64,000 nucleotides of DNA from NCBI GenBank assembly GCA_964412895.1, contig CAYPQK010000001.1, positions 5,041 through 69,040 on the forward strand, given 5' to 3'. Of this stretch, positions 48,594 through 58,151 are shown piece after piece. Below the pieces are notes generated by a model. That model did not search any database. It saw only the letters and a program-made list of their open reading frames with translations, and was not told the DNA's origin. Both the position numbers and the translations under genes were made by a program. Every line of letters starts with the position of its first letter. Position 1 is the stretch's first letter. Source of the stretch: an uncultured Spirochaetales bacterium. GTDB taxonomy: Bacteria; UBP6; UBA1177; JAKLFG01.

Positions 48594-49213
48594 ATATTCT
48601 GATCGCGGACGATCATGCCATTGTGCGGAAAGGGTTAGCCCAACTTTTGGTCGACGAGTTCCCCGGCGTGTCGATCGGCGAGACCGCCGGCACGCAGGAA
48701 ACGCTGGCCGAGCTGTCGCTCCGGCGGTGGGATGTATTGGTGCTCGACATCTTCATGCCGGGGTCCGGCGGACTCACGGTGCTTGACGAAGTGAAGCGCC
48801 AACAGCCGCGACTGCCGGTGCTGGTCCTGAGCACCGCGCCGGAAGAACAGATGGCGGCCCGGGTCCTGAAAGCGGGGGCGAGCGGCTATCTCAATAAACA
48901 GTGCGCTCCCGAGGAATTGGTCAATGCGGTCAGAAAGATACTCGCTCACGGCCGCTATGTCAGCGTCACGATGGCGGAACGGCTCGCCGCCGATATCGGC
49001 CGGCCCGAACGATCCCTGCAGGAAGAACTCTCCGATAGGGAATACACCGTCCTACGGATGCTCGTGGCGGGCAGATCGATCAAAGATATCGCGGCCGAAC
49101 TGAATATCAGCCCGAAAACGGTGAGTACCTTCCACACCCGGATATGGGGCAAGCTCCGCGTCACCAACGACGCCGACATGGTCCGTTACGCGCTGGATCA
49201 CGGCATCTCCTGA
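48590..49213 (+). CDS. NarL/LuxR-family response regulator (REC plus HTH_LuxR)
   Basis: ILIADDH...VLVLDIFMPG receiver. C-terminal LuxR HTH LSDREYTVLRMLVAGRSIKDIAAELNISPKTVSTF. ATGA overlap with the upstream kinase. Confidence 0.9.
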   Translation: MNILIADDHAIVRKGLAQLLVDEFPGVSIGETAGTQETLAELSLRRWDVLVLDIFMPGSGGLTVLDEVKRQQPRLPVLVLSTAPEEQMAARVLKAGASGYLNKQCAPEELVNAVRKILAHGRYVSVTMAERLAADIGRPERSLQEELSDREYTVLRMLVAGRSIKDIAAELNISPKTVSTFHTRIWGKLRVTNDADMVRYALDHGIS

Positions 49214-49341
49214 CCGTTTCACGCTCTTCGTAAGCGCAATCCTACAAAAGAAAAGGCGTCGTCCTACAGAAAAGCGACCGTGAAAAAGATATTCTGTTCC
49301 CAGTGAGGTGAATGGTCCGGGAATGGAAAATGGAGGTCGTC

Positions 49342-50850
49342 ATGAAAGGAATTGTTGGGCTTGGCGCATGGTTGATGGCGGTTATGTTCGTCTCCTCCTG
49401 TGGGGGCGAGGAGCCGGAGCAGGAGGTTTTCGTTTCGCTTTCCGGCCGCACCGCGACGGCGCTCGCCACGGTAAGCAATATCATAGAGGTCAATCAGAAA
49501 GCGGCCAACTTCGGCATTGCGGTCACCTCGGTGGGCGATGTGAACGGTGACGGTTATGGCGATGTGGCCGTCGGGGCCAATTTTTATGACAACGGGCAGA
49601 TCGACGAGGGGATGCTGTTCATCTATCACGGAACGGCGACCGGGATCAAGACCGCCTATGCCATACGGCTCGAATCGAATCAAAAGGATGCCCGTCTCGG
49701 CTGGTCGGTCGCCTCTGCGGGCGATGTGAACGGCGACGGCTACGGCGATATGATCGTCAGCGCGTACCGGTACGACAGCGGCCAGACCGACGAAGGAGTG
49801 GCGTTCGTATATCACGGTTCTGCGACCGGCATCGGTCCTGTCTACGCCCGACGGCTCGAAGTTGATCAGGCGAACGCCTCTTTCGGCATTTCGGTCGCGG
49901 CGGCGGGCGATGTGAACGGCGACGGCTACGGTGATGTGATCGTCGGTGCCTTCTTGTACGACAACGGACAGAACGACGAAGGGGCCGCCTTCATCTATCA
50001 CGGATCGGCGACCGGCATCGGTGCGCAGTATGCCCGGAGACTGGAAATGGATCAGGCGGGCGCGTGGTTCGGTTATTCGGTCGCGTCGACGGGTGATGTG
50101 AACGGCGACGGGTACGACGATGTGGTCGTCGGCGCTTTTCTGTACAACAACGGACAGAACGACGAAGGGGCCGCGTTCATCTATCATGGTTCGGCGACCG
50201 GCATCGGCACGACTGCGGACCGCAGGATCGAACCGGATCAGGCGGGCGCCTACTTCGGCTATTCGGTCGCGTCGGCGGGCGATGTGAACGGCGACGGCTT
50301 CGACGATGTGGTCGTCGGCGCTTATTTGTACGACCACGGACAGACCGACGAAGGAGCCGCTTTTATGTATCACGGCTCGGCGAATGGCTGCGGTACGGTA
50401 TACGACCGGATGATCGAACCGGATCAGGCGGGAGCGAATTTCGGCGCCGCGGTCGCGTCGGCGGGCGATGTGAACGGTGACGGGTACGGCGATGTGGTCG
50501 TCGGCGCCCGCTCGTATGACGGCAACAAGACCGACGAGGGGGCCGTTTTCATCTATCGCGGCTCGGCTAACGGCCTGAATGTAGCGACGAACCAGATGTT
50601 CGAATCGAATCAGGCGGATGCCTTTTTCGGCCGGTCGGTCGCGTCGGCGGGCGACATGAACGGCGACGGCTACGGCGATGTGCTGGTGGGGGCAAGTCTG
50701 TACGATAACGGCCAATATGACGAAGGCGCCGCGTTCTTCTATCACGGTTCGTCGTCCGGGCTCTGTATAGGCCGTTGCCCGGAAGATAGCGGCACTTCCA
50801 GCGAAACGACAACGGAACTCTCCTCCCCTCCCAAAAATAAGCGGCACTAA
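49342..50850 (+). CDS. FG-GAP repeat (integrin-alpha-like 7-bladed beta-propeller) lipoprotein
   Basis: GGAGG RBS. Signal plus lipobox VSSCG. Seven about 61-aa repeats with GDVNGDGYGDVxVGA...DEGAAFIYHGSATG. Confidence 0.8.
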   Translation: MKGIVGLGAWLMAVMFVSSCGGEEPEQEVFVSLSGRTATALATVSNIIEVNQKAANFGIAVTSVGDVNGDGYGDVAVGANFYDNGQIDEGMLFIYHGTATGIKTAYAIRLESNQKDARLGWSVASAGDVNGDGYGDMIVSAYRYDSGQTDEGVAFVYHGSATGIGPVYARRLEVDQANASFGISVAAAGDVNGDGYGDVIVGAFLYDNGQNDEGAAFIYHGSATGIGAQYARRLEMDQAGAWFGYSVASTGDVNGDGYDDVVVGAFLYNNGQNDEGAAFIYHGSATGIGTTADRRIEPDQAGAYFGYSVASAGDVNGDGFDDVVVGAYLYDHGQTDEGAAFMYHGSANGCGTVYDRMIEPDQAGANFGAAVASAGDVNGDGYGDVVVGARSYDGNKTDEGAVFIYRGSANGLNVATNQMFESNQADAFFGRSVASAGDMNGDGYGDVLVGASLYDNGQYDEGAAFFYHGSSSGLCIGRCPEDSGTSSETTTELSSPPKNKRH

Positions 50851-50862
50851 GAAGAGGTCACG

Positions 50863-51486
50863 GTGAAGATATTGATCGCGGATGATCATGCGGTCGTGCG
50901 GAAAGGATTGGCCCGTCTTCTGGTCGACGAATTTCCCGATGTAACGATAGGCGAAGCCTCCGATTCTCAGGAAACGCTGAACGAGATATCCTTTCAACGG
51001 TGGGACCTGCTGGTGCTCGATCTTTTCATGCCGGGGATCGGCGGATCGGCGGTGCTCGACGAAGTGCGCCGGCTGTATCCGAAAATGCCGGTGCTGATTC
51101 TCAGCACCGCGCCGGAAGAACAGATGGCGGCGCGGATGCTTAAAGCGGGCGCGAACGGCTATCTCAACAAACAGTGCGCTCCCGAAGAGTTGGTGGGCGC
51201 GGTCAGAAAGGTTCTGGCGGGCGGCCGGTATGTCAGTTCCGGCATGGCGGAGCGGTTGGCCGAACAGATGGACCGCACCAGAAAAAGTCCGCAGGAAGAG
51301 CTCTCCGACCGGGAATACACCGTACTACGGGCGTTGGTCGCGGGCAGATCGGTCCGAGACATAGCGCAGGAATTGGGCATCAGCCCCAAAACGGTCAGTA
51401 CTTTTCACACCCGGATCTGGCGCAAACTGGGCGTCCGAAACGATGCCGACATGATCCGCTATGCACTGGGAAAAGGGTGGTCCTGA
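50863..51486 (+). CDS. NarL/LuxR-family response regulator, paralog (about 75% aa identity) of 48590..49213
   Basis: Same architecture and near-identical motif blocks (STAPEEQMAAR, GYLNKQCAPEEL, LSDREYTVLR, ISPKTVSTFHTRIW). Confidence 0.9.
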   Translation: MKILIADDHAVVRKGLARLLVDEFPDVTIGEASDSQETLNEISFQRWDLLVLDLFMPGIGGSAVLDEVRRLYPKMPVLILSTAPEEQMAARMLKAGANGYLNKQCAPEELVGAVRKVLAGGRYVSSGMAERLAEQMDRTRKSPQEELSDREYTVLRALVAGRSVRDIAQELGISPKTVSTFHTRIWRKLGVRNDADMIRYALGKGWS

Positions 51487-51561
51487 TGTACTCACACATA
51501 ATGTTGCAAGTTGTTCTTTGTTTCGTTATAATCCAACGATCTTCAGGGAGGCTCGTTCAGC

Positions 51562-52434
51562 ATGAACCAGCTTAAAATATACACCGCACTGCGGGATGCG
51601 CAGTTCGAGAATCAGGTACATGCGCTCATCCACGCCAACGATCACGAGGCTCATCAGATACATCTCGACGACATCATCAACGATGTGCGGGCCTATGACG
51701 GCCTGTTCATCGTCGAGGAGAGTTATCACGGCATCCTTGAACTGATAGAGTTCCACAATTCCTGTAAATTCAATCTCTTGCCGGTCATCTTCGTGTTCGA
51801 TCCCAAATCGCCTGACAAAGAATGGGTGAACTCTGTTCGCTATCCCTATAAATACTTTGCCGTCGAGCACAAACTGTTGCCGCTCCTGTTCACCCGCATC
51901 GTCGCCCACATGGACGAACTGCGGCGCACCAAATTCAACGAATTCGTCCTTGAGCACCACAAACCGGTGCTGGAACCGTTCTTCAACGAGAAGCTCTCGT
52001 TCCGCGGGGCGTTGGGGCAGGCGCTCGCTCATCTGCTCGACTTCCTGTTCGCCGATAAGGGGTCCATCATGCTCCTCAACGACAAGGGGAATCTCGTCAT
52101 CGAGGCGTCGACCAAACCGCACCTCATCGGGCTGGAGGTGGTGCCCGATCCCAACTCGCCCGCGTGGAGCGTCATGGAAACGAAAAAGCCGTTGTTCGTC
52201 GAGGACATCTCGAAGGATCAGCGTTTCAAGAAGAAAAGCGACGGCTACAGCAAGGATTACTTTCTCATCGTCCCGATATTCTTGAACGGCGAGATCCACG
52301 GCGTGCTCAATCTCACCGACAAGATGGTGTCGCTCTTCTTCGACCGGAGCGACCTCCTGCGTGCCCGGAATTTTCTGCGGCTGTTGGAGCCGATGCTCGC
52401 CCTTCATAGCGGCATAGCGGTAGATATAACCTGA
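51562..52434 (+). CDS. GAF domain protein with degenerate N-terminal receiver-like region
   Basis: C-terminal GAF-like block GSIMLLNDKGNLVIEAS...PLFVEDISKDQRF...HGVLNLTDK. Confidence 0.6.
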   Translation: MNQLKIYTALRDAQFENQVHALIHANDHEAHQIHLDDIINDVRAYDGLFIVEESYHGILELIEFHNSCKFNLLPVIFVFDPKSPDKEWVNSVRYPYKYFAVEHKLLPLLFTRIVAHMDELRRTKFNEFVLEHHKPVLEPFFNEKLSFRGALGQALAHLLDFLFADKGSIMLLNDKGNLVIEASTKPHLIGLEVVPDPNSPAWSVMETKKPLFVEDISKDQRFKKKSDGYSKDYFLIVPIFLNGEIHGVLNLTDKMVSLFFDRSDLLRARNFLRLLEPMLALHSGIAVDIT

Positions 52435-52464
52435 TATCGTGGCCGTCTCTGGGGAGGGGCGTAG

Positions 52465-54144
52465 ATGCCGTCATTTCGCAAATATGTCCGTTATATGCCC
52501 GATCTCGCCGGGATACTTTTCTTTATCGCCGGCGTGGCCGGTACGGCGGACGGCCGATTCCCGTTCTGTTTTCTTATGGCATGGGTGCTTATCGGTCTGC
52601 CGATATTCGCCCGTTTATTGCGCAATATCGAGCAGGGTCGTTTTCTCGATGAATATTTCCTGATAACCATCGCCACCGGCGGTGCGGTCGCCATCGGTAG
52701 GTATCCCGAGGCGGTGCTCGTCATCCTGCTCTACCGGCTGGGCGATCATCTGCTGTCCCGCGCGGTGGACCGGACGCATGCCGCGATCCGGTCGCTCATC
52801 GACCGGCGGCCGGACCGGCCCGATGAGAACGGCGACGATCCCACGAAGGTCGAACCGGAATCGACACCGGCCGATCGGGCGCAAAGTCTGGCGCTGGTAA
52901 CACGGGCGGCGGCGCGGAAAGCCCGCTCGGAGCGGTTCATCACCCGTTTCGCCCGCTGGTATACGCCGGTCATAGTGTTCGCGGCGGTCGTCATGACCTT
53001 TCTGCCGCCGCTCCTGTCGGCCGACATAACGCACGCCCAAAGCGTCTACCGCGCCCTGACCTTTCTGGCGATCGCCTGTCCCAGCGCCCTGCTCGTATCG
53101 ATACCGCTGGGCTGGTACGCCGCCATCGGCACCGCATCGCAGAGGGGAATTCTCATCAAAGGGGCCGATCATCTCGATATCCTGAGCCGCGCCGGCGCCA
53201 TACTCTTCGGTAAGACCGGCACGCTTACCAGAGGACGGTACACGGTCGTCGAGGTCCTTCCGGCGGAAGGGATGCCCAAAGATCGGTTCCTCTACTATGC
53301 GGCGCTGGCCGAATCGCAGGCGGCGCATCCCATCGCCGCCGCCATCCGCGCCGCCTACGGCAAACCGATACCCTACGGCACGGCCTCCGAGATAGCCGAA
53401 ACGCCGGGAAAAGGGGTGAGCGCGCAGGTGGAGGGACAGGAGATACTGGCCGGTACCGCCGGTTTTTTGCGTGAACAGGGGGTGCCCCCGGGTCCCGACG
53501 CCGTTTTCGGGACCACCATCCATGTAGCGCTCAGCCGCTACTACATCGGCCGTCTGGTGGTCGCCGACGAACTGCGCGAAGTGGTCGTCGCGCTGGTCGC
53601 CGCTCTCAAGAAAAAGGGGATCCGATACCTAGCGCTCCTTTCGGGCGACAATGAGAACATGGTGCGTCAAACGGCCCGCGCGGCGGGGATAGCCGAAGCG
53701 TACGGAGCGCTTTCGCCGGCCGCCAAGCTGGAAAAAATGGAACAGATCCTTTCCACGGTCCGCGGACCGGTCGTCTTCATGGGCGACGGTATCGACGACG
53801 CGCCGCTTCTTGCCCGCGCCGATGTCGGTATTTCTCTCTGCGCCGCGCCCGGTACGGTCGCCATCGAGACGGCCGATATCGTACTGAAAGGGGGCGATCC
53901 CACGCTTCTTACCGAAGTTCTGCATCTTGCCCGCCGCGCCCGCGCCATCGTCGGACAGAATCTATTCTTGGCGCTCGCGGTGAAAGGGACGCTTCTTTTT
54001 CTCGCCGCGGTCGGCATCGCGTCGCTCTGGGAAGCGGTCTTCGCCGACACCATCGCGGCGCTTACCACCATTCTCAACGCCTCGCGCCTTATCGCCGGGG
54101 GAACGGCCAAAGAAGAAATAACGAATTCGAGGATAGTGCCATGA
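52465..54144 (+). CDS. Truncated/degenerate P1B-type (heavy-metal) P-type ATPase homolog lacking the actuator domain and the phospho-Asp
   Basis: CPS in TM (IACPSALL). Phosphorylation-site motif reads FGKTGTLT where DKTGTLT is expected. Hinge GDGIDDAP. No TGES actuator domain. Only 559 aa. Confidence 0.7.
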   Translation: MPSFRKYVRYMPDLAGILFFIAGVAGTADGRFPFCFLMAWVLIGLPIFARLLRNIEQGRFLDEYFLITIATGGAVAIGRYPEAVLVILLYRLGDHLLSRAVDRTHAAIRSLIDRRPDRPDENGDDPTKVEPESTPADRAQSLALVTRAAARKARSERFITRFARWYTPVIVFAAVVMTFLPPLLSADITHAQSVYRALTFLAIACPSALLVSIPLGWYAAIGTASQRGILIKGADHLDILSRAGAILFGKTGTLTRGRYTVVEVLPAEGMPKDRFLYYAALAESQAAHPIAAAIRAAYGKPIPYGTASEIAETPGKGVSAQVEGQEILAGTAGFLREQGVPPGPDAVFGTTIHVALSRYYIGRLVVADELREVVVALVAALKKKGIRYLALLSGDNENMVRQTARAAGIAEAYGALSPAAKLEKMEQILSTVRGPVVFMGDGIDDAPLLARADVGISLCAAPGTVAIETADIVLKGGDPTLLTEVLHLARRARAIVGQNLFLALAVKGTLLFLAAVGIASLWEAVFADTIAALTTILNASRLIAGGTAKEEITNSRIVP

Positions 54145-57100
54145 CCGTTGCTTGGGGTCTTGTTTTGAATATCTTTTTCTGGGGCGGACTCGGTATCGTT
54201 GCTTTGATCGCCGGTCTGCGATACCACCGGCGATGGCTCGCCGATTATCGAGAGAAAGACATTAAATATCGCCTTTTGGTTGAAAACGCCAACGACATCG
54301 TCTACTCGTTGACGATGGGAGGCGTTTTTACCTATGTTTCGCCCACATGGACCAAGCTCTTGGGACATACCGTAGACGAAGTGGAAAATCATCCATTCCA
54401 AGGCTTTGTGCACCCCGACGACCTGCCGCTATGTCTGGAAGCGCTTAACAACGCCGTTAAAACGGAAAACAGACCGGTCGGCGTTGAATATCGAGTTCTC
54501 CACAAGGATGGCTCTTGGCGATGGCATATCTCGAATGCCGCGCCGATATACGATGCCGAGGGTACCGTTGTTTCGTATATGGGTATCGCCCGCGATATCA
54601 CCGAAGGCAAGCAGGCCGAGGCGAAACTGCGAGAAAGCGAGCGGCGGATGACCTCAATACTGGAAAACATCTCTCTCCTCAGCATCATGCTTGACCGTGA
54701 GGGGAGGATTACGATGTGTAATGACTTCTTCCTTGACCTGACTGGATGGCGGCGACAGGAGGTATTACACGAGAGTTGGTTCGAAGTGTTCTTGCCAGCC
54801 GATATCCGCGCTACTATCAAGGAATCTGTTTTCCTCAACAATATACATGCGGGAACCGTACCGATCCATTTCGAGAACGAGATCATTACCAAGGCAGGCG
54901 CTCGCCGGTTGATCCGTTGGAACAATATGCTTTTGCGGACGAAAGAAGGCGAGGTGGAAGGGATTGCTTGTATTGGCGAGGACATCACCGACCGTTATCG
55001 TGCCGAAGAAGCCTTGCGGGAAAGCAAGGAACGGTACCGCCTCATCGCCGAAAACACTGCTGATTCAGTCACGGTCCAAGACCTTTCCCTAAAGTTTGAG
55101 TATGTCTCTCCCTCCACGACAAAGATGAAAGGATTTTCCGTTGAAGAGGTTTTGGCTCAAACAATAGAGCAGGTCATGACGCCGGAATCGCTCCAAAAAG
55201 TGTATCGGGCTTTTGAAGAAGAGATGGCGCTGGAACAAAGCGGCACCGCCGACCCCGCCCGAAGCCGGGTTTTGGTGCTCGAAGAATACTGTAAAGACGG
55301 TTCCACGCTCTGGGTAGAGAACACTCTTTCCTTTATCCGGGACGAGAAACAGACTCCGACGGGGATCCTCTCCGTTTCAAGAGATGTTACCGAACGCAAG
55401 CAGGCCGATGAGGCGTTGCGCGAAAGCGAATTCAGGTTCAATCAGTTGGCCGAACAGAGCCGCATTATCGCATGGGAAGTGGATGCGCGTGGTCTCTATA
55501 CCTATGTCAGCCATGTGGCCGAGACCGTTTTTGGCTATACGGCGGACGAACTGGTGGGTCGAAAACACTTTTACGATCTGCACCCTGAAGAAGGCCGCGA
55601 GATGTTCAAGACAGCGGCCTTTGCGGCTTTCGAACGAAAGGAAACTTTCGAGAACCTGATCAATCCCGTACAGGCCAAGGACGGTCATCAAGTGTGGCTT
55701 TCCACCAACGGTATCCCTCTTCTGAACGCAAATGGAACCCTGCGGGGATATCGCGGTTCCGATACCGACATCACCGAGCGTAAGCAAGCCGAGGAGGCTC
55801 TGCAAAAAAACAAAGAAGCCTACAAGACGCTGGCCGAAAATCTTCCCGAACTTATCTATCGAGTGCATCTTCACGAGAAAGGAAGAATGGAGTTTTTCAA
55901 CGATAAAGTGAAAGAATTGACGGGCCGAACCGAGAAGGAACTCAGGAAAGGAGAGATTTGCTCCATAGAACCGAACATACATCCCGAAGATATTTCCCGA
56001 GTCGTCTCGACAGTTAAACGGGCTATAGAAAAAGGTACGGCATTCGAGGTTTCTTACAGGTATATTCATAAAGATGGGAAAACCGTACATTTCTACGAAC
56101 ATGGACAGATAATAAAAGACGCGACCGGAAAACCGCACTATATCGACGGCATCATACAGGACATCACCGACCGCAAACGGGCCGAAGAGGCTTTAAGGAA
56201 AAACGAGGCGCTTCTAAGGACATTGATCGACACGCTTCCCGATCTGGTCTGGCTGAAAGATCCGGAAGGAGTGTATCTGACCTGCAACCGCCGTTTTGAG
56301 GTTTTTTTCGGCGCGAAGGAAGCGGAGATCGTTGGGAAGACCGATTACGATTTTGTGGACAAAGACCTAGCCGATTTTTTCCGGCGACACGATCAGGCGG
56401 CCATGTCCGCCGGGAAGCCGACAAAGAACGAAGAACAGGTCACCTTCCCGAGTGACGGTCACCAAGAGATACTCGAGACGATCAAGACGCCGATCCATGG
56501 AGAAGCGGGAACGCTCATCGGCGTTCTTGGTATCGGCCGCGATATCTCCGAACGCAAAAGAGCCGAAGAGTCTTTGCAGAAGAACGAAGAGAAGTTTCGC
56601 AAGGCCTTTCACCTCATTCCCGAATCGGTGGTTCTTTCCCGCTTGGATGACGGCGTCATGGTCTCGGTCAACGAAGGTTTTCTGAATGGTGTCGGATATT
56701 CCCGCGAAGAGGCCATCGGGAAAAGCGCCGAAGAATTGAGGATATGGAACGATCCGAACGATCGACACCGGATAATCGACATGGTGCGGGGACACGGACT
56801 TGTCGAAAATATAGAAACGACATTCCGCACCAAGAACGGCGATATCCGCTATGCGCTTATATCGGCGACCGCCATCGACATTGACGACATACCCCATCTC
56901 CTCAATATCTCACGCGACATCACTGATCGGAAAAAACTCGAAAATGCATTACGGGAATCGGAACGGTCCCTGCGATCGACGATAGACGGCCTTTCGGCCC
57001 ACATCGCCGTGTTGGATGAGAGCGGCACGATCATTCTGGTGAACAAAGCGTGGCGAAACTTCGCCGAGAAGAACGGCATCCCGGCCGGAAAGGTCTCCGA

Positions 57101-58148
57101 AGGAACGAACTACCTTCAGGTCTGCGACGGCGCCGACGGCAACCATGCGCAGGAGGCAGCTCTCTTCGCTCAGGGGGTCCGCGATGTCCTTGCGGGCAAG
57201 AGCGAGCGGTTCTCGATGGAATATCCCTGCAACAGTCCGCAGAAACCGCGCTGGTTCATCGGCCGCGTGACGCCATTCCCCGGCGAGGGAACGCGCCGCG
57301 TGGTGGTCGCCCACGAGAACAATACCGAACGCAAACTGTTCGCATTGGAGCGCGAGGAACTCATTAAGGCGTTGCAGGACAAGAACGACGAGATGGAAAG
57401 CATGCTCTACGCCAGTTCGCACGATCTGCGGACCCCGCTGGTGAGCATCATGGGCTTCAACAGTCTGATACAGCACGCCATTAAAGAGCTGTCTCTGCTT
57501 CTGGATAAGGAGCGCCCCGCCGCCGATATCTGTGCCGAAGCGCGGCCTATCATCACCGAAAAACTGCCGACCGCCAGTACCTATATTGGCAAAAGCGCCG
57601 AGAAGATGCAGGGACTCGTCGACGGTATCCTGAAACTCTCGCGGCTCGGCCGCGCCACCCACACATCGGAAATGATCGACATGAACGCATTGGTACGGCG
57701 GGTGCTCGCCACGCTCGATTTCCAGAAACAGCAGGCACATGCCGCGGTGAGCGTGGGTGATCTTCCCCCCTGCTGGGGCGATCCGCGCGAACTGGAACAG
57801 GCGTTCACCAATATCATCGACAATGCCGTCAAATACCGCGATCCGGCCCGCCCGCTTACTATTGCCATCACCGGGTCCTTGGCGGGACACTGTTCCCGCT
57901 ACGATATCGTCGATAACGGTATCGGCATGAAACCGGACCACTACGACCAGATATGGGGCCTTTTCTCGCGGCTCGACCCTAACGGGCCGGTACCGGGCGA
58001 AGGTATCGGGCTGGCGATGGTCAAGCGGATCGTCCAGCGCAACCACGGCAAGATATGGGTCGAGAGCGAAAAGGGCGTTGGAAGCAAATTTTATCTCTCG
58101 TTGTCGCGCGAAGGGAAAGAAAGTAATTACGAGAAGGAAAAGGGGTAA
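54141..58148 (+). CDS. Multi-PAS (at least 8 PAS/PAC) sensor histidine kinase
   Basis: Repeated PAS S-box modules separated by coiled LRESE(R/K) linkers. C-terminal HisKA (SHDLRTPL) and HATPase_c. Confidence 0.85.
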   Translation: MTVAWGLVLNIFFWGGLGIVALIAGLRYHRRWLADYREKDIKYRLLVENANDIVYSLTMGGVFTYVSPTWTKLLGHTVDEVENHPFQGFVHPDDLPLCLEALNNAVKTENRPVGVEYRVLHKDGSWRWHISNAAPIYDAEGTVVSYMGIARDITEGKQAEAKLRESERRMTSILENISLLSIMLDREGRITMCNDFFLDLTGWRRQEVLHESWFEVFLPADIRATIKESVFLNNIHAGTVPIHFENEIITKAGARRLIRWNNMLLRTKEGEVEGIACIGEDITDRYRAEEALRESKERYRLIAENTADSVTVQDLSLKFEYVSPSTTKMKGFSVEEVLAQTIEQVMTPESLQKVYRAFEEEMALEQSGTADPARSRVLVLEEYCKDGSTLWVENTLSFIRDEKQTPTGILSVSRDVTERKQADEALRESEFRFNQLAEQSRIIAWEVDARGLYTYVSHVAETVFGYTADELVGRKHFYDLHPEEGREMFKTAAFAAFERKETFENLINPVQAKDGHQVWLSTNGIPLLNANGTLRGYRGSDTDITERKQAEEALQKNKEAYKTLAENLPELIYRVHLHEKGRMEFFNDKVKELTGRTEKELRKGEICSIEPNIHPEDISRVVSTVKRAIEKGTAFEVSYRYIHKDGKTVHFYEHGQIIKDATGKPHYIDGIIQDITDRKRAEEALRKNEALLRTLIDTLPDLVWLKDPEGVYLTCNRRFEVFFGAKEAEIVGKTDYDFVDKDLADFFRRHDQAAMSAGKPTKNEEQVTFPSDGHQEILETIKTPIHGEAGTLIGVLGIGRDISERKRAEESLQKNEEKFRKAFHLIPESVVLSRLDDGVMVSVNEGFLNGVGYSREEAIGKSAEELRIWNDPNDRHRIIDMVRGHGLVENIETTFRTKNGDIRYALISATAIDIDDIPHLLNISRDITDRKKLENALRESERSLRSTIDGLSAHIAVLDESGTIILVNKAWRNFAEKNGIPAGKVSEGTNYLQVCDGADGNHAQEAALFAQGVRDVLAGKSERFSMEYPCNSPQKPRWFIGRVTPFPGEGTRRVVVAHENNTERKLFALEREELIKALQDKNDEMESMLYASSHDLRTPLVSIMGFNSLIQHAIKELSLLLDKERPAADICAEARPIITEKLPTASTYIGKSAEKMQGLVDGILKLSRLGRATHTSEMIDMNALVRRVLATLDFQKQQAHAAVSVGDLPPCWGDPRELEQAFTNIIDNAVKYRDPARPLTIAITGSLAGHCSRYDIVDNGIGMKPDHYDQIWGLFSRLDPNGPVPGEGIGLAMVKRIVQRNHGKIWVESEKGVGSKFYLSLSREGKESNYEKEKG

Positions 58149-58151
58149 ATC

